DNA of 64,000 nt, from assembly GCA_900754115.1 (NCBI GenBank), contig CAAEBM010000056.1:2936-66935 (forward strand). Direction: 5' to 3'. The DNA is from Bacilli bacterium. GTDB lineage: Bacteria; Bacillota_I; Bacilli_A; RFN20; CAG-631. Within the stretch, counting starts at the first letter, position 1; each line of letters opens with the position of its first letter. A program made the translations under genes and the position numbers. Shown one piece after another: positions 56,831 to 64,000 of the stretch. Below the pieces are notes generated by a model. That model was not told the DNA's origin and did no database searches. It saw only the letters and a program-made list of their open reading frames with translations.

Positions 56831-57436
56831 ATGCGAGGAAGGAATAAACCTTGGGCTGATGCCTACATTCAAAACCATTCTTCTTTCTTTTTTGAAGCCA
56901 CAAAATTGCCAAAAAATCAAGAAGTTTATTTAGAAATTGGCATGGGAAAAGGAGATTTTATTTTACAATCCAGTCAATATTATCCTAATGTTTATCATAT
57001 TGGTGTAGAAATCAATAAATCGGTTTTTGCCATGGCATTAAAAAAAATTGTAGAAAGCGAGACAAAAAATGTTGCTGTTTTACAAATTCCTGCCAGTCAA
57101 TTATTAGACTTTATTAAAACTGGCTCCATTGATAAAATCTTTTTAAATTTCAGTGACCCATGGCCTAAAAAAAGATATCATAAACGTCGATTGGTACATC
57201 CTAATCATTTAACCATATTTGAACAATGTTTAAAAAAATCAGGACAAATTGTCTTAAAAACGGATAATCAAGAATTATATTTTTATGCTCTTGAAATGTT
57301 TCAACAACGAAATTATCAACTTTTAGAAGTGAATCCAAATTATCAACTTTGTGAAGGTGATTTTATGAGTGAATATGAAAAACGTTTTCGCTCATTGAAT
57401 CAGCCAATTTATCGCATTGTAGCTAAAATTAATTAA
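56831..57436 (+). CDS. trmB: tRNA (guanine46-N7)-methyltransferase
   Basis: MRGRNKPWA...EIGMGKGDF...FSDPWPKKRYHKRRL, the TrmB signature. The start lies 2 nt after the thrS stop. Confidence 0.9.
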   Translation: MRGRNKPWADAYIQNHSSFFFEATKLPKNQEVYLEIGMGKGDFILQSSQYYPNVYHIGVEINKSVFAMALKKIVESETKNVAVLQIPASQLLDFIKTGSIDKIFLNFSDPWPKKRYHKRRLVHPNHLTIFEQCLKKSGQIVLKTDNQELYFYALEMFQQRNYQLLEVNPNYQLCEGDFMSEYEKRFRSLNQPIYRIVAKIN

Positions 57437-57451
57437 AAGGAGGAATCAAAA

Positions 57452-58528
57452 ATGCCTTTAACTAAAAAACAATTGCAAGTTTTAAAAGAATTTTGTTTAG
57501 GATATGGAGCTTCTGGTTATGAAAAAGAAATCACACATCTTTTTAAAAAATATGCTCAAGATTATTGTGATGAAATCATTTATGATAAACTTGGCTCAAT
57601 TTATGCAATAAAACGATCACAACAAAAAAATGCTTTAAAAGTGATGGTTTGTGCGCATAGTGATGAAGTGGCTTTAAAAGTGACATCGATTAATGAACAA
57701 GGACTTTTATCTTTTCAAGTCACTGGCATTTGGGACCAAATTTTAATGGGACAACGAGTGACCTTAATCAATCAAAAAAATGAAAAGTGGAAAGGAGCAA
57801 TTTGTGCTATTCCACCTCATTTACTCTCTTCAGAATTAAAAAATCAACCCGTAAATGCTAAAAACATGGTAGCAGATTTTGGATTTTTAAATAAAGAAGA
57901 TGCACTATCTCATGTGCGTTTAGGAGATCCCATTTTTTTAGATGGCTCTTTTGAAGTGTTAAATGACAATCGAATTTTAGCAAAAGCTTTGGATAATCGC
58001 ATTGGTTGTGCATTATGTGTTGAACTTTTAAAAAGTTTGAAAGATACGTCATTACCTTATGATTTGTTTGTTGGATTAAATGTTCAAGAAGAAGTAGGAC
58101 TTCGTGGGGCGACAACAGCTGCTCAAATGATTCAACCTGATTTTGCCATTGTCATTGATTGTTCTCCAGCAAATGATTTGACATCTAGTCAAGAACTTGG
58201 ACAATTAGGGAAAGGACTTTTAGTTCGTGTAGTGGATGGTGGTATGATTGCTTTTCCACAATTAATTGATTACCAACGTCAACTTTGTAAAAAATATGCA
58301 ATTCCTTTTCAATATTATCTTTCTAATGGTGGAACGGATGCAGGTGTGATTCATCGCACCATGAAAGGGGTACTTACTTTGACTTCTTGCATTTGTGCTA
58401 GAAATATTCACTCTAATTGTTCCATCATGGATACTAATGATTACCAAGCAAATTTAAAATTTTTAAAGTTAGTTTTAAAACAATTCAATGAAAAATTATA
58501 TCAAACTTGGTTAAAGGAAGGTCGATAA
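57452..58528 (+). CDS. M42 family metallopeptidase (second paralogue)
   Basis: 358 aa. YGASGYE, AHSDEVAL, DNRIGCA, VQEEVGLRGA and GGTDAG blocks. Paralogue of 28336-29415. Confidence 0.88.
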   Translation: MPLTKKQLQVLKEFCLGYGASGYEKEITHLFKKYAQDYCDEIIYDKLGSIYAIKRSQQKNALKVMVCAHSDEVALKVTSINEQGLLSFQVTGIWDQILMGQRVTLINQKNEKWKGAICAIPPHLLSSELKNQPVNAKNMVADFGFLNKEDALSHVRLGDPIFLDGSFEVLNDNRILAKALDNRIGCALCVELLKSLKDTSLPYDLFVGLNVQEEVGLRGATTAAQMIQPDFAIVIDCSPANDLTSSQELGQLGKGLLVRVVDGGMIAFPQLIDYQRQLCKKYAIPFQYYLSNGGTDAGVIHRTMKGVLTLTSCICARNIHSNCSIMDTNDYQANLKFLKLVLKQFNEKLYQTWLKEGR

Positions 58529-58529
58529 A

Positions 58530-59111
58530 ATGGCATTTGTGTTTCATATTCCACATTGTTTATTAATTAATTTTGGTTCAAACGAAAAAACAAAAGAAAC
58601 AAAAAAAATTGATGATGTCGTCGCTTTATATAATCAAGATCAAAAAATAATTGGCTATAATCTTTTTTGTGAAATGCCAAATCTTCCTTATGGATTACTA
58701 AAACATCCTACACAAGAGTTAGAAAACGTTTGTAATGAAATGCTAAAAAAAGCGCAATTTTTGCTCATTAAGCTGCAAGGAACAGAAAATATAGTCGTAG
58801 GAAAGGTGTTAGAGTGCACTTCTCATCCCAATTCGGACCATCTTCACATTACTAAAGTAGATGTGGGACAAGAAATCTTGACGATTGTATGTGGAGCAAA
58901 AAATGTTTGTGCAGGAATAAAAGTCGTTGTGGCAAAAGTTGGCACTATGATGTTTGATGGAACATTCATTGAAGCAAATCCCTTGCGAAATGTCCTATCT
59001 TGTGGTATGATATGTTCAGGATTTGAATTAAATTTGCCAAATTATCAAAAAGGACAAGGCATTTTAGTTTTAGATGATTCTTATTTGATTGGCGAACCAT
59101 TTTTTAAATAG
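58530..59111 (+). CDS. ytpR: YtpR-like tRNA-binding domain protein
   Basis: 193 aa. C-terminal OB-fold tRNA-binding domain (VGKVLECTSHPNSDHLHITKVDVGQE...IVCGAKNV...KVVVAKVG), as in PheT-N/CsaA/YtpR. Confidence 0.8.
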   Translation: MAFVFHIPHCLLINFGSNEKTKETKKIDDVVALYNQDQKIIGYNLFCEMPNLPYGLLKHPTQELENVCNEMLKKAQFLLIKLQGTENIVVGKVLECTSHPNSDHLHITKVDVGQEILTIVCGAKNVCAGIKVVVAKVGTMMFDGTFIEANPLRNVLSCGMICSGFELNLPNYQKGQGILVLDDSYLIGEPFFK

Positions 59112-59122
59112 GGGTGAAAAAC

Positions 59123-59281
59123 ATGGCAACAGAAAAAAAAGATGAAAAAAAAGAACTTCAAGATGAAACAGGGTTCATTCATACGGAAGAATTACGTGAT
59201 CTTTTAAAAGAAAAAGAAAATGAAAAAAAATTGCCTTGGTATAAGAGATGGTTTAGTAAAGGAAAAAATAAAAAGAAGTAA
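59123..59281 (+). CDS. small Lys/Glu-rich protein (52 aa, below the ORF-track cutoff)
   Basis: GGGGTG RBS then ATG 59123. Peptide MATEKKDEKKELQDETGFIHTEELRDLLKEKENEKKLPWYKRWFSKGKNKKK*. A strong terminator follows. Confidence 0.45.
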   Translation: MATEKKDEKKELQDETGFIHTEELRDLLKEKENEKKLPWYKRWFSKGKNKKK

Positions 59282-59284
59282 TGA

Positions 59285-59321
59285 AAAGAAAGAATGACTT
59301 TTTAGGGCATTCTTTCTTTTT
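59285..59321 (+). terminator. Rho-independent terminator
   Basis: GAAAGAATG-N11-CATTCTTTC followed by a T-run. Confidence 0.75.
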
Positions 59322-59402
59322 ATATTCAAGATTTATCAATATTCATCTTGCTAAACGAAGCCATAATTGATACAATAAAAATGAGATGATGGAGGGAAGT
59401 AC

Positions 59403-61139
59403 ATGAAAAAAATTCATAATAAAATCATTGTATCGAATCTTTTATTAATTGGACTATTAGTTGGATGTGGTTCTGTTTCTAATGGAACAAAAACTTATAG
59501 TTATGAATTCGACTATAAAAAGGTCGATGGTGGATTAGAAATCACAGGTATTCAATACAACAAAAAAAATAAAGTTTTAGATATTACCATTCCTGATGTG
59601 GTTCGCAATCAAAAAGTGGTCTCTATTGCACCACAAGCTTTAAAAGATGTCGATATTATTCGTCACGTCATTATGGGACCAAATATTCAATCTATTGGCA
59701 CAGAAGCTTTTTCTTCTTGTGACAATTTAATATCCATTACTTTCCCAACTGAAGTAGCGATGAAAATTGGCGACCGCGCTTTTGAAAATACGGCTATAAC
59801 CTCCATTCAAATTGGAAGTAAAATTGAATTAGGAAATGAAGTTTATAAAAATTGTTCTGAAGTAAAAACAATACAATCAGAAGCCATGGCTTATGGAAAA
59901 GATGTCTTTGCTGGTTGTCAAAAAGTAACGGATTTGACAATTAACTTTATTGGCGCTGATACTGAAAATCCTAAAACTTTAGATTATTTATTTGGAACTT
60001 TACCTACGACTTTAAATAGTATTACTGTGACTAATGCTGCAACATTTGCCGAAAATACTTTTGCTAATTTATCAAGTGTAACGAGTATTACCTTGCCGAC
60101 AAATCGTTATACGAAATCTCTTCCTCAAGGTATTTTTGCTGGTTGTAGTAATCTTTCTAAAGTGACAATTCCTTTTGTCGGCAGACAAACTTATGATGCT
60201 TCTAGTTCAATACCAGAAGAACAATATTCTCTTGCTTATTTATTTAATGTAGAAAGCAATGCTAATCTTCCCGCATCTTTAAAAGAAGTCATTTTACATC
60301 CAGTAGTCAGTATAGAAAGTGTAAAATATGGACAAACCAGTATTCGTCCAGTTAATTTTTCAAATAGTGCACATCTCACAACTTTAACAATGAATACTGG
60401 AGTGGAAACGATTGAATCTAATGCTTTTGCTGGATGTGTCGCATTAGAAAATATTACTTTATCTTCTTCTTTATCTAAAATTGGAAAAGATGCCTTCAAA
60501 GAAACAAAATATTATGCAGATCAATTAGAAGAAGGCAAAGATAAATTGATTACATTAGGCAGTTGGGCCATTGGATTTGAAACTAGTGGTGAAAATAACG
60601 ATGTAGAAATTAATAATTCTGTTGTCAGTGCTGTTGCTGATGAATTATTCAAAGACAATCCTTATATTACTTCTATTAAGTTATCAAATGTAAAAACTTT
60701 AGGTTCAGAAGTATTTAAAGGAGCAACACAATTAAAAAGTGTCGATATGAATTTGTTAACAGAGGTTCCTGCGTCCACCTTTGAAGATTGTACATCTTTA
60801 CAAGAAGTAAACTTACCAAGAATTACGAAAGTAGGAGCTCGTGCTTTTGCTAATAATACTTCTTTAGTAACGATGAATTTATCAAGAGTGACTGCCATTG
60901 CTGAATCAGCTTTTGAAGGATGTAGTTCATTAGAAACTATTACCATTTCAAAAGATCTTGAATCTGTAGGTGCCAATGCATTTTTAAACACTTCTTTAAA
61001 AACAGTAGAATGTACGAATTTAACACAAGCGGTAATTGATGCATTAAAAAGTTTACTTTCTTCAGATAATTATATCACGACAGGAAATGAATTACTTACA
61101 AATGCTATTAATGCTTTAACTCTTCCTGTAGAAGAATAA
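59403..61139 (+). CDS. BspA-type leucine-rich-repeat surface lipoprotein
   Basis: 578 aa. Lipobox LLVGCGS. Many ~23-25-aa repeats of the type xIxIPxxVxxIGxxAFxxCxxL (LRR_5 pattern). GGAGGG RBS. Confidence 0.85.
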   Translation: MKKIHNKIIVSNLLLIGLLVGCGSVSNGTKTYSYEFDYKKVDGGLEITGIQYNKKNKVLDITIPDVVRNQKVVSIAPQALKDVDIIRHVIMGPNIQSIGTEAFSSCDNLISITFPTEVAMKIGDRAFENTAITSIQIGSKIELGNEVYKNCSEVKTIQSEAMAYGKDVFAGCQKVTDLTINFIGADTENPKTLDYLFGTLPTTLNSITVTNAATFAENTFANLSSVTSITLPTNRYTKSLPQGIFAGCSNLSKVTIPFVGRQTYDASSSIPEEQYSLAYLFNVESNANLPASLKEVILHPVVSIESVKYGQTSIRPVNFSNSAHLTTLTMNTGVETIESNAFAGCVALENITLSSSLSKIGKDAFKETKYYADQLEEGKDKLITLGSWAIGFETSGENNDVEINNSVVSAVADELFKDNPYITSIKLSNVKTLGSEVFKGATQLKSVDMNLLTEVPASTFEDCTSLQEVNLPRITKVGARAFANNTSLVTMNLSRVTAIAESAFEGCSSLETITISKDLESVGANAFLNTSLKTVECTNLTQAVIDALKSLLSSDNYITTGNELLTNAINALTLPVEE

Positions 61140-61163
61140 AGCAAACAATTTTAACTTATACTT

Positions 61164-61193
61164 AAAACCATGTCTTTTAGGCGTGGTTTTTTA
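61164..61193 (+). terminator. Rho-independent terminator
   Basis: AAAACCATG-N11-CGTGGTTTT (one G-U pair) followed by TT. Confidence 0.65.
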
Positions 61194-61194
61194 T

Positions 61195-61840
61195 TGTCTG
61201 AGAAGGCATGAAATGACTTCGAGTGAAAACTCCCAGATAGTCTGGGAGTTCAAAAGAGCTTAAAGCTATGGAGAATAAAAAAACGAGATGAAGAACTAGA
61301 AATGCTTTATAACTTTAATCACATTAAAAAAGATAAAAGAAAATATTATAGCACCGCCTTTGAAACTGATTTAAAAACTAGAATGGGTAACGCAATTATT
61401 AACGAAATAGTACAAGCTAGAATGAATATTGGTAGAAGAACTGAAGGTAATAAGAATAAAAAATGTAAAACCAAATAACGTAAAGAAGAAATCTTAAATC
61501 TTGTTTAACACAATTTAAAAGTAATAGATGAGGCCAGTAAAGTGTTTTAAGAATACCAAATGAAATTAAGAAAAGTTGAATTTGAAAGAATAGTAAAAGA
61601 AGGAATTATTGATCATGATGGAAACTTAAGAAATGATAGTGAAATGGAAATGTAGCTATTATTTACTTAACATGATAAGAAAAACTAAAACATAGTTTTT
61701 CAGTGTTTCGCAACTTAGATACCAAGTTCGAACTATTAAAATGTTAGTAAATAATAGAATATTAAGTGTGTATTTTTATTGAAAATTTGCATATAATATG
61801 TTATAATCAAATTGATTAAAAATATTGAAATAATTATTTG
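61195..61840. other. about 650 bp with no intact ORF: probable decayed coding sequence or mobile-element scar
   Basis: Short broken reading frames with protein-like composition (e.g. MLYNFNHIKKDKRKYYSTAFETDLKTRMGNAIINEIVQARMNIGRRTEGNK; KLRKVEFERIVKEGIIDHDGNLRNDSEMEM) are interrupted by stops in all frames. A GC-rich perfect hairpin lies at 61228-61250. Confidence 0.3.
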
Positions 61841-61867
61841 ATTATAACAAATGTATGGAGGTACTTT

Positions 61868-62503
61868 ATGAGAACAATTATGGACTTAATAACTGAATAT
61901 ATTGATAATATTGGTAATGGTTATCCGATTTTCACAAGTGATATTCATGAGTATGTATTAAACGAAATTAAAGATGCTAAACCATTAGTTATTAATGAGT
62001 ACATCAATCGCTACGAAAAAAAGCATGATAATTTTATTAGATATAAAAAAGGGATTTATTATAAATGTGTTGATACTGTTTTTGGTAAAACAAAAATTAA
62101 ATATGCAGATTTAGTGAAAAGATTATATATCGAAGATGATAAAGAAATATATGGATATGAAACAGGGCCATCACTTATAAATAATTTAGGTTTAACCACA
62201 CAAGTTCCTAAATATGCATATCTTGCAACTAATAAATTACAAGTTGATAAAGTCGATGACACAATTAAGTTAGTAAAACCAGTAACCAAAGTCACAGAAA
62301 AAAATTATAAGTATTTACAATTATTAGATATTATTTCAAATAGATTTAAAGTACATATTGAAGTTGATGATTATAACTTTATTATTAGAAAAGAAATAGA
62401 TGAAATGAACCTAAATTTTGAGCAATTATTATATTATGCAAATTTTTATAATGATAATGGAATTTATAAAAAAATTGCAGAATTAGCGAAAGGAGAAAAT
62501 TAA
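61868..62503 (+). CDS. abiEi: AbiEi-like antitoxin (type IV TA / abortive infection)
   Basis: 211 aa from ATG 61868 (GGAGGT RBS). It lies immediately upstream of, and is coupled to, an AbiEii-family gene. Size and position fit AbiEi; I recognised no sequence motif directly. Confidence 0.6.
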   Translation: MRTIMDLITEYIDNIGNGYPIFTSDIHEYVLNEIKDAKPLVINEYINRYEKKHDNFIRYKKGIYYKCVDTVFGKTKIKYADLVKRLYIEDDKEIYGYETGPSLINNLGLTTQVPKYAYLATNKLQVDKVDDTIKLVKPVTKVTEKNYKYLQLLDIISNRFKVHIEVDDYNFIIRKEIDEMNLNFEQLLYYANFYNDNGIYKKIAELAKGEN

Positions 62504-62531
62504 TATAAAATTACATAAAGATAAACAAGCG

Positions 62532-63530
62532 ATGGAATTATTAATAACTAACATCAGCGAAAGAACTGGTGTTAGAAGAGATGTTTTAGAAAAAGATTAT
62601 TATGTTACTTTATTATTAAAAGAATTAACTACAAAAAAGGATCAAAATTTTTCGTATTTTAAAGGCGGGACTGCACTTTATAAAGCATTAAAATCTGTAA
62701 GAAGATTTAGTGAAGATATTGACTTGACTGTATATGTTAATGATTTACCTACACAGTCACAAAAACAAAAAAGATTAAAACAAACAGTTTTAAGTTATGA
62801 GTCATTAGAATTTAAAGAAAAAATTAAAGATAAAAGAAATAGTTTAGAAGCTTCTTATCAGTATGAGTCACTTTTTAAAGTTGTGCAAAGAGATTCATTA
62901 CAAAGATTTGGAAATGTGAAGATAGAAGCTACGAGTTTCACAGTTAGTGAACCTGTAATGATGTTAGAAATTGCTCCACATCTTTATGAACTTGCAAATG
63001 ATGAAGAAAAGAAAACATTAGAAGAAAATTTTGATGTTACACCTTTTAAAATTGGAACAATATCCTTAGAAAGAATATTTATAGATAAGTTGTTTGCTTC
63101 TGAATACTATTATGAAAGAGGAATGTATATTGATTTTTGTAAACATATTTATGATATTACAATTATGTACAAATTATCTGAAATTCAAGAATTATTGGAA
63201 GATGAACAATATATTAATTATTTAATCGGTTTAAAAAGAACTGAGGAACTTGCAAGAGAAGGGGGAGTTTCTTGTGAAGTAAGTATATGTGATTTTGAAT
63301 ATTTGAATAATATTGAATTTTATGAAAAAGAAGATTTTATTGAATCTTTAAATTATATTCATGATACATATGTTTTTGATAATAAAGATAAAATTGAAAT
63401 TGAGGATATTCAAGAAACATTATTAATACTTCACAAACTTTTCTCTATGATAGAAAATGAAAATTTAAGAAAAGAAATTATGGAAAAAGCAAAAAAAGAA
63501 AAGAAAAAAGAGTCCGATATGGAAATGTAA
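62532..63530 (+). CDS. abiEii: AbiEii/AbiGii-family nucleotidyltransferase toxin (DUF1814)
   Basis: LEKDYYVTLLLKEL...YFKGGTALYKALKSVRRFSEDIDLTV is the DUF1814 NTase signature. The frame is open from 62487. AGGAG lies 9 nt before an in-frame ATA at 62505, so the true start may precede ATG 62532. Confidence 0.85.
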   Translation: MELLITNISERTGVRRDVLEKDYYVTLLLKELTTKKDQNFSYFKGGTALYKALKSVRRFSEDIDLTVYVNDLPTQSQKQKRLKQTVLSYESLEFKEKIKDKRNSLEASYQYESLFKVVQRDSLQRFGNVKIEATSFTVSEPVMMLEIAPHLYELANDEEKKTLEENFDVTPFKIGTISLERIFIDKLFASEYYYERGMYIDFCKHIYDITIMYKLSEIQELLEDEQYINYLIGLKRTEELAREGGVSCEVSICDFEYLNNIEFYEKEDFIESLNYIHDTYVFDNKDKIEIEDIQETLLILHKLFSMIENENLRKEIMEKAKKEKKKESDMEM

Positions 63531-63571
63531 AAAGGAGGGAAGTTTATAGAATTAAAATTAATAGAAACTAA

Positions 63572-63799
63572 AGAATTATTATTAAAGGAGTTAGTAATAA
63601 TCGATTACTTACCTCAAACGAATATATTAGGAAGTTTAATGAACTTCAAGAAGAAATTGAATTAATTAATTATGAATGTGTTGATAATAAAACAATATTT
63701 ATAGTTAGTAGAACTTATAATGGAAAAAGAAGTTTAAAAGATATAATCTCACATCACCTACTAGAAGAAATAGATACTCAAAATAATGGGAGTATATGA
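63572..63799 (+). pseudogene. start-less open frame, possibly a TnpW-like transposon protein remnant
   Basis: Frame ...NEYIRKFNELQEEIELINYECVDNKTIFIVSRTYNGKRSLKDIISHHLLEEIDTQNNGSI* has no ATG/GTG/TTG start and ends in three consecutive stops. The xTxYxVxRxYxGxxxLKDxI pattern recalls small TnpW-type proteins (from memory only). Confidence 0.2.
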
Positions 63800-63937
63800 T
63801 GATAATGTGGTGCAGGTATAGATAACGTGGTTGCAACATTAGCTTTTTACGGAATGTATGCTGGTGCACAATTTGGATTGAAACAACTAATTGGCTATGG
63901 AATTAATCAAATTTGGTAGAAATTACGGAGGGGTTGC

Positions 63938-64000
63938 ATGGAAACATTTGTTTTAAACAATATTATATTTGATAAAAACGAAATTATTATTAAAAGAAAA
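63938..64000 (+). CDS. 5' end of an unknown CDS running off the window
   Basis: GGAGGGG RBS 6 nt before ATG 63938. Peptide METFVLNNIIFDKNEIIIKRK... is open to the window end. Confidence 0.4.
   Translation, partial: METFVLNNIIFDKNEIIIKRK

Noticed and set aside
61715-61735. GTTCGAA-containing sequence (ACCAAGTTCGAACTATT) that looked like a tRNA T-loop
   Set aside because: It is only the simple palindrome AGTTCGAACT. No flanking T-stem, acceptor stem or anticodon arm can be drawn, so it is not a tRNA or tRNA fragment.
1-64000. Alternative genetic code (TGA = Trp, as in Mollicutes), CRISPR arrays and rRNA/tRNA genes
   Set aside because: TGA terminates full-length conserved genes at the expected lengths (e.g. 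pth, mfd, hslO and the metallophosphoesterase), and Trp is encoded by TGG. No regularly spaced direct repeats and no rRNA- or tRNA-like conserved sequences were seen.

Overview
AT-rich (about 30% G+C by eye) chromosomal segment that uses the standard bacterial code: TGA ends several full-length conserved genes and TGG encodes Trp. Gene content and order look like a low-GC Bacillota genome, possibly Erysipelotrichia- or Clostridia-like. I recognised no rRNA, tRNA or CRISPR array. The core backbone holds glycogen synthesis genes (glgC-glgD-glgA), rubrerythrin, and the conserved pth-mfd...tilS-ftsH-hslO block. In spore-formers spoVT usually follows mfd and spoIIE usually precedes tilS; neither is present here. 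The backbone continues with malQ, an OmpR-type response regulator with a multi-TM histidine kinase, and a GH13 alpha-glucosidase. It also carries truB-ribF-(flavin reductase-like)-rpsO, htpG, a T-box-controlled thrS, trmB, ytpR and two M42 peptidase paralogues. Four accessory islets interrupt it. (i) About 33.2-36.5 kb: a DUF4143-type ATPase, a very cysteine-rich DUF11-like small protein and a zinc-ribbon polytopic membrane protein. (ii) About 36.6-43.2 kb: a four-repeat lipoprotein, an HTH-Fic protein, and an ECF-like sigma, membrane protein and secreted papain-like protease cluster. (iii) About 46-51.3 kb: an XRE regulator, an AlbA_2/ATPase/HTH protein, then two uncharacterised membrane-protein genes. 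(iv) About 61.2-64 kb: an AbiEi/AbiEii toxin-antitoxin pair embedded in decayed mobile-element-like sequence. The most unusual signal is in islet (iii). Each of the two membrane-protein genes has its own promoter-like element with the same layout: TTGAC, 7 nt, a G8 or G9 homopolymer, then a -10 hexamer. This is the classic geometry of slipped-strand phase-variable promoters, and G runs of this length are highly unexpected in this AT-rich genome. Other sequence-level observations are a near-consensus CIRCE operator overlapping the htpG promoter, a probable non-ATG start for AbiEii, a degenerate GGDEF-EAL membrane protein, and a ThrRS that lacks the N-terminal TGS domain.
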